Assembly: GCA_964016885.1 (NCBI GenBank)
Contig: OZ024740.1
Span: forward strand, 206,088,001-206,152,000
Length of the DNA: 64,000 nucleotides
Reading direction: 5' to 3'
DNA from: Eledone cirrhosa
Taxonomy: Eukaryota
This document shows, piece after piece, positions 1 to 12,474 of the stretch. The position numbers and the translations under genes were made by a program. Numbering within the stretch: position 1 is the first letter of the stretch; the number at the start of each line of letters is the position of its first letter. Below the pieces are notes generated by a model, which saw nothing but the letters and a program-made list of their open reading frames with translations, did not search any database and was not told the origin of the DNA.

Positions 1-1239
1 ATCTTAAAATAAGCAACAAAATTATTTATATTTAATCAAGAATAAAGAAGTTTAGTAGATAAATTATGTAATATTCATCCATTATTTATTCAAAGTAATC
101 CAACTTATTTTACAAACGGGATAAAAAAATATATTCTGGACGCAGTCCTGCATTCCTTACTTTATTATAGTTTAGATGGTATCAAAAAGGTTAAATACTC
201 TTTGGTTAAAGTGTTCATATTTATCTTAAAACCTTCCATTACGATCTGAGTTCAAATCCCACCGAGGTTGACTTTGCCTTTCATCCTTACGGGGTCAATA
301 AAATAAAGTGCCAGTAATGCACTGGGTATTTGCTGGCCTTGTGCCTAAAGTAGAAACGATTATAATTTTATGTAAGAAAAGGGCGGTGGATTGGCAGTAT
401 CGGTAGAGGGCCGGACACCATGCTTTGACGCATAGAGTTACGGTCCTTGCCATTCTGAGTTCAAATCCCGACGAGGTTAACTTTGCTTTCATCCTTACGG
501 GGTCGATAAAATAAAGTACCAGTAATGCACTGGGTAATTGCTGGCCTTGTGCCAAAAGTAGAAACAATTATAATTTTATGTAAGAAAAGTTTATACTTGA
601 AACATCTACTTAACCCTTTAGCATTTCAACTGGCTGTATCCGGCCAGAATTTTCTTACCTCTTTCTGTTTAAACCAGTCATAACCAGCTGTTCATACTTA
701 TGTTAAGGTGTTATTCTCAAAATAAATAATATCAAAATATCATAGATTCAATATTATGTGAAATAAAGTGTTTACCATGAAAATACAATAGTATATATAT
801 AGGGTAATGTAAATGTTAAAGAGTTAAAAAATTAGTTGTATTATTAAGTCCCTACAGGGCGGTGGATTGGCAATATCGGTAGACAGTCGGACACCATGCT
901 TTGCAGCATAGAATTACAGCCCTTTGCGGTCTGAGTTCAAATTCCGCCGAGGTTAACTTTGCCTTTCATCCTTAAAATAAAGCACCAGTAACGTATTGAG
1001 GTCGATTTAATCGACTTTTCCACCCCACTGACCTTGTGCCTATCCTAGAAATCATTATTAAGTCCCTACAAAATTTTATTTTCAAAACTAATTGAAATCT
1101 TGAAAACTAATTGAAAATCTTAAAAACTAATTGAAAATCTTCGACAGTGTATTATATTAGCAATAAGATAATGAAAGGCTTAACATGACTGGCTAAAATT
1201 TCAATTTCTCCTAATTTGTTCTTTTTCTTGATTACACAG

Positions 1240-1509
1240 CAGCACCCAATGAACATACATGTGAAGCGTTTTCATTCCTCTGCACAAATGGTGGTTGTAT
1301 TCACATGTCATGGACTTGTGATGGAGAGGATGACTGCAACGATAATTCTGATGAAGAAAATTGTCCAACAATAGAAACATGTGGAGAAGGAATGTTCCAC
1401 TGTGTGCAATCTCCTGGCTGTATTCCACAAAGTTCTATTTGTAATGGTGTCAATGATTGTGTTGATCATTCTGATGAAATTGGTTGTTACTACAACCACA
1501 CAAGTAGAA
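1240..1509 (+). CDS. SORL1: SORL1-like exon: two LDL-receptor class A repeats
   Basis: Encodes ..[51 protein letters not shown]. Polypyrimidine tract with CAG|CAG acceptor; donor a|gtgagt; phase 1-1. Confidence 0.9.
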
Positions 1510-2560
1510 GTGAGTATTTTATCTTGGGGTTGTCACAGGTAAAACAACTGATTTATATTTCATCTTGGGGTTGTTACTACAACCACACAACTAGAGGTCA
1601 GTATTTTATCTTAGGTTGTAACAAAACAACTGATTTATCTCAACATCTAGAAATTATCATGGTTTGAGACTTTTGGAGAATTAGAGAGTTGTAATGATGG
1701 CAACATGACAAGAAGCACCCAGCCCACTCTGTAAAGTGGTCATATAGGTATCCCGACAAAAAGCACCCAGTACTCACTGTAAAGTGGTAGTGTATGAGAT
1801 ACAGCAAAAATTACCCAGCCCACACTGTAAAGTGATCCTGTAGGTGTCACGACAAAAAGCACCCAGTACTCACTGTAAATGAGGTTAGCGCTAGGAAGAG
1901 CATCCAGCTGTAGAAACCAAGCTAAAATCAGTTCTGTACGAGCAAGACATGGTCACCTGACCTGGCATTGCTCACAACAGGATAACCCATGCTAATGTGG
2001 AAAAATGGTGATGATGACATTGATGTAAGTTCAAATCCCACTGTGGTCAGTTTTGCCTCTCATCTTTTCAACATTGATAAAATAAATAAAGTACCAGTTA
2101 AGCAGTGGGGGCTGGGGGTCGATATAATCAACTTTCCTCTCCCTCACTCCAAATTAACACACTATACCATCAATACACTTGCATGGGCTGGATGGATTGT
2201 CATGGTCAGAGACTAGACAGATTGGAATGATAAATTAATATACTATACCAAATTAATACACTCACATGGGTTGGATGGATTGTCGTGGTCTAAACAGGCT
2301 GGAATGACAAATCCTACTCATTACTTTCCATATTTCACATGGTTTCTACAGCCACTTTACAGAGTGAACTGGGTGCATTTTATCCTGGCACCATCACTAG
2401 ACTAGTTGTCTAATTCTTGACCGGACTAAAGGCACTGCTCTAACCCTGCATTGTCTTCAGTTGATTGCCATGTTTGCTTTTTATGTTGGGTTGAACAAGT
2501 GGTTTGTATTATGTTGTATCACTAGCCAGTTCAGTCCAGTGTTATCTCCTTTTTATCATA

Positions 2561-2815
2561 TGAGGGGGCTTCAATAAGTTTGTGGAAAAAGTACATAGCT
2601 AAAAATCATATGCAGGAATTTTGATCTCAATGCACCTGTATGTTCTCGTACAAATATCATAACATGTTCTAACATGAACGCTTAAATGCATGTTGCAACG
2701 TGGTGGCACCAGTCGGAAGTTAGCACCCGCTTGAGCAACATGGCCTCCATCAAAACATCAATATCACAGTGAAGCTAGGGTGGAAGAACAGCCTGATCAT
2801 TGACACTTTTTAAAA
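2561..2815 (+). mobile_element. Mariner (irritans/Hsmar2-like) 5' fragment
   Basis: TA|tgagggggcttcaataagtttgtggaaa TIR-like end; residual VKLGWKNSLIIDT peptide. Confidence 0.6.
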
Positions 2816-3750
2816 GTATATTTTCATTCTTATTGTTTCATGTCTATTTGGGTTTGTGCTATAAAGCTAATAATTTGGCAGCATCCTATTCTGGAATGGA
2901 AAAGTGATGGGAAGGGCCAGGCTGAGTAACCTATGGAATACCATCATCACAAGATGGTGGAGAATGGTTAGCCATGTGCTACACATGTCTACAAAGTGAC
3001 CAGTGAGGTCTTTCTCAAATGGAAGTCAGAGGAAAGGCAAGGAAATGAGGCAGACCATTCAAAACCTTGTTAAGAACTGTGGAGTAGGACCTGAGCTAGG
3101 AGCAGGCTCATGATATGGTTTGTGACCATGCTGGGTAGAGATCTCTCATCACTTGATGCTCCATAGGAAGCAGATGGAACTCAGAAGTACTCTAATTGAA
3201 CCTTGGTTGAAGAAAGTCAGTTTAAAGAATAACTTTTATCACCTCACCTATGAACTCCACACCACTACATTCCCTTTTTATTTCTAATGCCTTGTACCAC
3301 ATGAAACCACATTAGCAAGACATTCTTGAAATTAAAAAAACAGCATTTTGACTTTAAAGAGTAAAGACCCCCTTTAGTCACGAATGACCATGAGTTTTGC
3401 ACCTAGAAAGTTTCCCTCCAGGACACAAGTGCAGGCAAAGTGTTTTTGTGGAAGACCAGCAGTCATCCATACATACCAGTCTTCCTTCTCCATGCCCCTG
3501 ATGTTGTCCAAGACAAAGGCGAAGGCTGATACAGCTTAACACAAGTGATGTCGCAAATCCACACACCTTTCCTATGACTGGATCACATTAATGATTAAAG
3601 TCTTTACTTTAATATTGGACTTTTCTCAGCAGTCTGTGTTCACTAATAAAGATATAATCATTTGAACTAACAAACCTGGTTTTCAATATTTTTTCCTTAG
3701 GATGTTAAGAGTTTCGTATAATAATAATATGTAAATGTTTTTGTTTGCAG

Positions 3751-3888
3751 ACAGGGTTCCAACGAAATGTGCTGACTCTGAGTTCTTATGTGAACATGAC
3801 AGCGACAGTTGCTTACCTTATTGGAAAGCTTGTGATGGTCAAATTGACTGTCTTAATGGCCGAGATGAAGAATTTGGAATGTGTAAAG
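3751..3888 (+). CDS. SORL1: SORL1-like exon: last LDLa repeat
   Basis: tttgcag| RVPTKCADSEFLCEHDSDSCLPYWKACDGQIDCLNGRDEEFGMCK g|gttagt; phase 1-1. Not in the ORF-track frame. Confidence 0.9.
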
Positions 3889-6660
3889 GTTAGTATTATT
3901 GTATATAGTAAATGTATAGCATTTAATGTATATAGTAAATGTATAGCATTTAATTTATAACATTTAGTGTATAGGTTAGTAATTGTGTATAGTAAATGTA
4001 TAACATTTAGTGTATAGGTTAGTAATTGTGTATAGTAAATGTATAACATTTAGTGTAAAGGTTAGTATTATTGTATATAGTAAATGTATAACATTTAGTG
4101 TAAAGGTTAGTATTATTGTGTATAGCATTTAATGTATAATATTTAGTGTAAAGGTTAGTATTGTATTGGCAGTATCGGTAGAGGGTTGGACGCCATGTTT
4201 TCTAGCATAGTTACGTCCCTTTACAGTCTGAGTTCAAATCCCGCCGAGGTTAACTTTGTCTTTCATCCTTATGAGGTCGATAAAATAAAGTATCAGTAAT
4301 GTACTGGGTAATTGCTGGCCTTGTGCCTAAAGTAGAAACAATTATTGTATATAGTAAATGTATAACATTTAGTGTATAGGTTAGTATTATTGTATATAGT
4401 AAATGTATAACATTTAGTGTAAAGGTAGTATTATTGTATATAGTAAATGTATAATATTTAGTGTAAAGGTAGTATTATTGTATATAGTAAATGTATAATA
4501 TTTAGTGTAAAGGTAGTATTATTGTATATAGTAAATGTATAACATTTAGTGTAAAGGTAGTATTATTGTATATAGTAAATGTATAATATTTAGTGTAAAG
4601 GTAGTATTATTGTATATAGTAAATGTATAATATTTAGTGTAAAGGTAGTATTATTGTATATAGTAAATGTATAATATTTAGTGTAAAGGTTAGTATTATT
4701 GTGTATAGTAAATGTATAATATTTAGTGTAAAGGTTAGTATTATTGTATATAGTAAATGTATAATATTTAGTGTAAAGGTTAGTATTATTGTGTATAGTA
4801 AATGTATAATATTTAGTGTAAATGTTAGTATTATTGTATATAGTAAATGTATAACATTTAGTGTAAAGGTAGTATTATTGTATATAGTAAATGTATAATA
4901 TTTAGTGTAAAGGTTAGTATTATTGTGTATAGTAAATGTATAATATTTAGTGTAAAGGTTAGTATTATTGTATATAGTAAATGTATAACATTTAGTGTAT
5001 AGGTTAGTATTGTATATAGTAAATGTATAATATTTAGTGTAAAGGTTAGTATTATTGTATATAGTAAATGTATAATATTTAGTGTAAAGGTAGTATTATT
5101 GTATATAGTAAATGTATAATATTTAGTGTAAATGTTAGTATTATTGTATATAGTAAATGTATAACATTTAGTGTAAAGGTTAGTATTATTGTATATAGTA
5201 AATGTATAATATTTAGTGTAAAGGTAGTATTATTGTATAGAGTAAATGTATAATATTTAGTGTAAAGGTTAGTATTATTGTATATAGTAAATGTATAATA
5301 TTTAGTGTAAAGGTTAGTATTATTGTATATAGTAAATGTATAATATTTAGTGTAAAGGTAGTATTATTGTATATAGTAAATGTATAACATTTAGTGTAAA
5401 GGTAGTATTATTGTATATAGTAAATGTATAATATTTAGTGTAAAGGTTAGTATTATTGTATATAGTAAATGTATAACATTTAGTGTAAAGGTTAGTATTA
5501 TTGTATATAGTAAATGTATAATATTTAGTGTAAAGGTAGTATTATTGTATAGAGTAAATGTATAATATTTAGTGTAAAGGTTAGTATTATTGTATATAGT
5601 AAATGTATAATATTTAGTGTAAAGGTTAGTATTATTGTATATAGTAAATGTATAATATTTAGTGTAAAGGTAGTATTATTGTATATAGTAAATGTATAAC
5701 ATTTAGTGTAAAGGTAGTATTATTGTATATAGTAAATGTATAATATTTAGTGTAAAGGTTAGTATTATTGTATATAGTAAATGTATAACATTTAGTGTAA
5801 AGGTAGTATTATTGTATATAGTAAATGTATAACATTTAGTGTAAAGGTAGTATTATTGTATATAGTAAATGTATAATATTTAGTGTAAAGGTTAGTATTA
5901 TTGTATATAGTAAATGTATAACATTTAGTGTAAAGGTAGTATTATTGTATATAGTAAATGTATAACATTTAGTGTAAAGGTAGTATTATTGTATATAGTA
6001 AATGTATAATATTTAGTGTAAAGGTTAGTATTATTGTATATAGTAAATGTATAACATTTAGTGTAAAGGTAGTATTATTGTATATAGTAAATGTATAATA
6101 TTTAGTGTAAAGGTAGTATTATTGTGTATAGTAAATGTATAATATTTAGTGTAAAGGTTAGTATTATTGTATATAGTAAATGTATAACATTTAGTGTATA
6201 GGTTAGTATTGTATATAGTAAATGTATAATATTTAGTGTAAAAGTTAGTATTGTATATAGTAAATGTATAACATTTAGTGTAAAAGTTAGTATTGTATAT
6301 AGTAAATGTATAACATTTAGTGTAAAAGTTAGTATTGTATATAGTAAATGTATAACATTTAGTGTATAGGTTAGTATTGTATATAGTAAATGTATAATAT
6401 TTAGTGTATAGGTTAGTATTGTATATAGTAAATGTATAATATTTAGTGTAAAAGTTAGTATTGTATATAGTAAATGTATAACATTTAGTGTAAAAGTTAG
6501 TATTGTATATAGTAAATGTATAACATTTAGTGTATAGGTTAGTATTGTATATAGTAAATGTATAACATTTAGTGTATAGGTTAGTATTGTATATAGTAAA
6601 TGTATAACATTTAGTGTAAAAGTTAGTATTGTATATAGTAAATGTATAACATTTAGTGTA
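3889..6660 (+). repeat. 42-45-bp AT-rich satellite, roughly 55-60 copies, interrupted by a SINE
   Basis: Unit gttagtattattgtatatagtaaatgtataacatttagtgtaaag; 45/44-bp variants proximally, 42-bp variants distally. Confidence 0.97.
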
Positions 6661-6672
6661 TATTATATGCTG

Positions 6673-6840
6673 AGGATGTATCGTGGCCGAATGATTAAGG
6701 AATTCACTTTGCATTCATTAGTCCCTGGTTCCATCCCATTGTGATGTCTTGGGGGCAAGTGTTATTTACTATAGCCTCGGGCTGGACCATGTTTTGTGAA
6801 TGAAATTGAGTAGATGGAAACTGTTTGAAAGCACATCAGA
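6673..6840 (+). mobile_element. Second tRNA-headed SINE family (representative)
   Basis: gtggccgaatgattaag A box, ggttccatccc B box, body ..gtgaatgaaattgagtagatggaaactg; relatives near 11430, 14635, 16830-16965 (-) and 18800. Confidence 0.6.
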
Positions 6841-6946
6841 TGGACTAGACCTGTAATTGCTGTATGTTTAATTTAAAATATGGTAATAAATAGGTAGGTT
6901 GTTTTTATGTGATACATTAGGTAAATGTGAAGAAACTTTCTTTCAG

Positions 6947-7061
6947 AGGAACTGCGTGTACCGAATCTCTGGTATTCCAAAATAACCAGCAACAGTGTTT
7001 TACTTTCTTGGGAGGTGATCAAAAATATCTCTGGCAATATATCCTATATGCCAAGTATTGT
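6947..7061 (+). CDS. SORL1: SORL1-like exon: start of FN3 region
   Basis: tttcag| ELRVPNLWYSKITSNSVLLSWEVIKNISGNISYMPSI |gtaagt; phase 1-2 fits both neighbours. Confidence 0.85.
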
Positions 7062-7459
7062 GTAAGTTGAAATTTAATGAAATTATTCTAAATTTGCACC
7101 ATTTTCATTATCTGCACCATTATCTTTCTCTTTCGTGTGTGTGTATGTGTGCAATATTTGTTATTAATAGTGATTGTTTCACTGAAGCTATCAACACTTC
7201 ACCTGATAATGTGACTGAAAGTCTAGAAATATTGAGATTTAGAACTTTGTTGTTCCAAACAAGCTGCAAAAGACTCAAGGAAATATGAAAAAAACTTATA
7301 AAAAAGTTAAAACTTGACCATTGTCAAAGCTGATCATTCAGCTCTCATATAATGAATAATATCTACACTCTGCTTTCATTAAAGTAACAAGTACCGTGTT
7401 GATAATATATTATATATAAAGGTGCAAGCATGGCTGAAGGGTTATGGTGTTCACTTCAC

Positions 7460-8170
7460 AACCAGTTGATACAGTGAATTGGACTGCCTTGTGGAAAATT
7501 CTGACAGATCAGTTGTCCTGACAAGTTTGTATCAGTTCTGAGACGTTTTCTTGATGGTATGCAAGTTTGTGCTAATATAGGTGGACAGATGTCAGATCCC
7601 GTTGTTGTTGAAAATGGGGTAAAACAAGGGGATATACCAGCACCTACACTGTTTGCATTGTATTTCTCTATGATTTTCCTTATGGCATTTGATGACTGCA
7701 CACATGGAATTTGTTCAACAGACAAGTTGGTTAAGATCAGACAGTTTGCTGCTAAAACAAAGGTGTACACTTCTTTAATACTTCAAGTTTTGTCTGTAAA
7801 TTATTGTGATTTTGTTGCTCACTCTGAGAGTGACATGCAGCACTGTTGGATTCTTTTTCGGAGGCATGCAGCACGTTAGGTCTGATAATCTGCCTGGCCA
7901 AGACAGTTTTCATCCATCAACCTGCTTCGGGTAAGTACTTCACTGAGCCTAGCATATATGTATATGGCAAAACATTGAAGTTTGTTGATAAATTTGTGTA
8001 TTTAGGCAGCACAGTTAACATTGCAAACACCCTTGGTGATGAAATCTCTTTATGACCAACAAAAGCAAGTGATTCTTTTGGTAAATTAGATGGGTGTCTC
8101 TGGTGTCAACATGGGATTTCCATTAATACAAAGTTAAATGTATACAGAACATGTATATTGTCTTCATTGT
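7460..8170 (+). mobile_element. Degenerate RTE (BovB-like) RT fragment
   Basis: NGVKQGDIPAPTLFALYF and VDKFVYLGS motifs with stops and frameshifts. Confidence 0.8.
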
Positions 8171-8321
8171 TGTCTTCATTAGTGACTTCATGGCAGGATA
8201 TATGTGTGTATGTACATGCTTTTATTTCTATCTCTGCTGTTGATAGCAAGAAGTTAAATGTAAATTTAGTGTTTTATATATATATGTATATATATATATA
8301 TATAATCGTTTCAATCTGCAG

Positions 8322-8500
8322 AGAAGAACCATCCAATACATGGTTGAACCGTAGCAGCACTAAAGAAAGCGTCTACAACTTCACCAACCTCAAACCAGCA
8401 ACCATCTATTATATGCTTGTATTTGTGAAATTATCCAACAGCACTTACACCCGAATGTATAGTCCTGAGCATTTTGTTACAGTCAAGACAAATGATGGCA
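8322..8500 (+). CDS. SORL1: SORL1-like exon: FN3
   Basis: ctgcag| EEPSNTW..YNFTNLKPATIYYMLVFV..VKTNDG a|gtgagt; FN3 L-x-P-x-T-x-Y motif. Confidence 0.9.
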
Positions 8501-10473
8501 GTGAGTAGTCTTCAGGTTTTCTTGTTATTGTTTAACCCCTAACTCAGACCTGATTGAGCAGATCAATGATCCATTCCAGCCATGGCTATTGTCATTGTTA
8601 CTTTCATCATTTATACCTGCTTTCCATACTGAGACTAGATGGGTTGGAACAACCTAGCTTGCTTGTTATGTTCTATATTTGGCATGGTTTCTATGGCTGG
8701 ATACCCTTTCTGATACCAATCACCTTACAGGATGTACTGGATACAGTTTTCATAACACTCGCAATAACACTTTATGGAATGGACAAGGTGTATTTTATCA
8801 TGGCAGTTACACTAACACATTACAGGATGTACTGGGTGCATTTTATCATTGCATCATCACTAGAGAGGTTGTCACACTCAACCCTAGCCCTATATTATCT
8901 CCATGATAACCTCTTTAGTGTTGATAAAATACATCCAGTGTACTCTGTATAGTAGTTGGTGATACAAATGTTAAATAAAAGACCAAAAAACTTCATTAGT
9001 TTTGTCAAAGACATGACAATCTCCATTGTGCACTGCTGAGATTGAATGCACTGTGCACACAGTAAATTATGGAATGTAAGTGAGATGAAGGCCTCCAGTC
9101 CATCTGAGAAGTCAGTAGTTCCAATTAAGTACTGACGTGGCCTCTGACATCTCTTACTAACATGGAAAGTGGATTTTAAATGATAATGATGATTGAATTA
9201 AACAAGTATAATTTTAGGAAGAAAATTCATTCATTTAAAAAAAGAAGACAAAATCCTGTAAAAATCATTTTATGCCCACTGTTCTGACATAGGTTGGAAT
9301 AATTTATATATAAATTTTATTAGCGGATACCTTATCTCTTAGAATCCTAATAATCTTAACCCTTTCATTGACTCTATTTCTAATGAAATACAGACTATTT
9401 TAATTAATTAATGAAGAATTTTGATTTATTTACGAAAATTATTAATTATTTTGTTACTAAAATAGTAACTTAATGTAAGGTTCTTATATAAAATTATGTT
9501 GGAAGATTTTAATTTAAATTGGAAACCTTTAAATGAGTGGTTTTATTTCATAGAACCAGAGCCAGGTGGGTAACTAAAAGGTTTAGGATATTTCTCTATC
9601 AGCTATGCAAGCTCTATTGTTTTTTGAGAGCTAATCTGTATACTTAGAACATTTGTTGGTTAAGGACTAGCCATTAATGGCTACCCTTACAGTCTGAAAC
9701 TGCTGAAAACATATTCTGGGCAAAGGCACAAAACCTAAGGTTCATAGAGAAGGGAGAAATTAGGCTTTTTCACATGGACATAAGCTACATAAATGTGAAC
9801 ATCATTATTTAACGTCGGTTTTTCCCTGTTAGCAAGGCTTGGACAGGTCATCACTTCTCAATTGGAGCCACTGACCACAAGTGGGCTGGGAGCTTCATCT
9901 CCTCCCACATATGTTCCCACACTCTACAAAGTACACATAGTACATTTTATTGTTGCACCATCATTAGGGTGGTTGTCACAACTGAAGAGCCCTCTCCACC
10001 CTTAGTTTGACAGGTTTTCTGTTGCTGACTGACGTTCCTATCACCAACCAGTTTACAGAGTGTACTGAGAAAGTTTGTCGTGCTCTTGACACAACTGAAG
10101 AATCCTTTCAACCTTGATGTGAAGTGAAATGGATTTAAGCAAAAATAGAAACTAAACTTTTGAATCAACTTTACAGATTGCTACCTGTATTCTATGATGG
10201 TGTATTTTATCATGACAGTTACACTAACACATTACAGGATGTACTGGGTGAATTTTATCATTGCATCATCACTAGAGAGGTTGTCACACTCAAGGCTAGA
10301 CTCAAGAGTCCACCCTAACCCTAAATTATCTCCATGATAACCTCTTTAGTGTTGATAAAATACATCCAGTGTACTCTGTATAGTAGTTGGTGATACAGCC
10401 ATAATTATTAACATGAGATTGCAAAGTTTCACCTATCTTAAAATGTCTAATATTTTCTCTTTGTGTTTTGCAG

Positions 10474-10580
10474 TTCCTAGTAAGCCAGTACACTGTTCTG
10501 TCCACCAAGATGCTAGTGGAGATCTCATTGCCAGTTGGAAGAAACCAACTTACCCTAGGGGAAAACTTATTTATTATTTA
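10474..10580 (+). CDS. SORL1: SORL1-like exon: FN3
   Basis: ttgcag| PSKPVHC..LIASWKKPTYPRGKLIYYL |gtaagt; phase 1-0. Confidence 0.9.
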
Positions 10581-12348
10581 GTAAGTATAAAACTTCTATA
10601 CTACTGAGAGGAGCCATTTTTTCCCTTTAATGTTCCACTGGTATTAGCATGGAAAGTCGATTTGGCAGAGTCATTGGAGCATTGGATATTTGTTCCGACA
10701 CTCTGCACTGATTTCAAATCTGGCCGAAATCTACTTTGCCTTCATTGTTTGAGTAGATGGGGTTGGGTGGTAGTGTCTGATAAAGAAAGTACAATGCCAG
10801 TGGTGATGCAGCCCACTCTCGTTCTAGCTGTCACATCTTAGATGTTCCTCAGGATAAAGGGAGGGAGTCATTGAGAAAATGTCTATATCTGCTTGTGACA
10901 GCATTACCACCTAAAACCTTTAGTGACAACATGGTACCCAGCCCACACTGTAAAGCGGTCATGTCGGTGTCATAACAAAAAACACCCAGTCCGCACTGTA
11001 AAGTGGTCCTGTAGGTGTCACGACAAAAAGCACCCAGTCCGCACTGTAAAGTGGTCCTGTAGGTGTCACGACAAAAAGCACCCAGTCCACACTGTAAAGT
11101 GGTTGTGTAGGAGTCATAACAAAAAGCACCTAGCCCACATTGTAAATGTGGTTGGCGTTAGGAAGACATCCAGCCATAGAAACCAAGCCAGAAACAGATC
11201 TGCCAATTTGACCTAAGGGGACAACTACATTACGCCTTACCAAATAGAAGCTAAATATAATCAGCAAGCTCTGAAGAAAAATAATTCTTTATGTTAATAT
11301 TAGAAAGGGTAAAAAGAGGAAATATAGAGAAGGAAATGAAATTTTTCAGTGGAAGGTTTTATCATTCAAGTCAGTAACTTATTTTAAATGCAATCTATGA
11401 TGATTGGGAAGAATTGTTTTATATATAGACACAGGCATGGCTGAGTGGTTAAGAAGTTTGTTTTGGAATGATGAGGTCTTGGACAAGTGCCTTTTACCAT
11501 AGTCAGAGGTCAATGCAAGCCTTGTGAGTGAAATGAGGTAGATTGAAACTGTTTAGAAGCTTTTCAGATGGACTCTACCTGTTATTTAACCCTTTCATGA
11601 CTGCATTTCTAATGAAATACACACTATTTTAATTAATTAATGAAGAATTTTTAGGGATTTACTAAGATTATTAATTATTTCATTAGTAAGATAGTAACTT
11701 AATGTAAGATTCTTACATAAAAGTATGTTGGAAGATTTTAACTTAAATTGTGAAGCTTGAAAATGGGTGAGTTTATTTCATAGAACCAGAGCCAGTTTTG
11801 GCCGGTTTGGTAACTAATGGGTTTATGGTCAATCCTCATCACACTGTGTCATGCTGATTCTGCTTGAGAATTATGTTAGAGGTACTACTACCCGTGGAAT
11901 ACTCAACCACTTATACATTAATCCATGAGTTGGATGTTTAGTAGTCCAAACAGTTGAATGATCATCATTGAAACCGATAGTGGATCCATCATTATTAGAC
12001 TCAGTCAACCCTGTAAGCTGGTTGTGCTGGTGCCATGATAAAAAGTACTCTGGCCACACTGTAAAGTGGTAGTGCTGGTACTACAATAAAATACAGTACA
12101 TACTTGAAAATGGTTGGCATTAGGAAGGGCATCCAGCTATAGAAACCATTCACAAAACAGAATATATAAGCAAGACATTGTCTCCTGACCAATCTAGTCT
12201 CAGAACATGACAACCCATCTAACTGATACAAGCATGGAAAAAAGATACAAAACATGAGGATGATCTATATTTATGTTCTTATTTCTTTGTATAATTTCAT
12301 AATTCCCCCATTCAACACTAATCTCTTGTCTTTGTTTTCCTACTACAG

Positions 12349-12474
12349 GTTATCATTGAAGACACAAGTATTAACAACCAATACAGTATTGGAGTCAAAG
12401 ACACCAGTCAAGCAAATTACTCAGTTGCACTCACTTCTCAACCTTTAATAAAAAATCACACATTTATCATAAAA
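12349..12474 (+). CDS. SORL1: SORL1-like exon: FN3
   Basis: tacag| VIIEDTSINNQYSIGVKD..LIKNHTFIIK |gtatgt; 126 nt, phase 0-0. Confidence 0.8.

Noticed and set aside
381-573. tRNA-like A/B-box sequences in introns
   Set aside because: No cloverleaf; followed by a SINE core and tail and present in many diverged copies.
6058-6714. 218-aa ORF (and ORFs 3813-4049, 4701-4898)
   Set aside because: Translation of the 42-45-bp satellite on a stop-free frame; no gene features.
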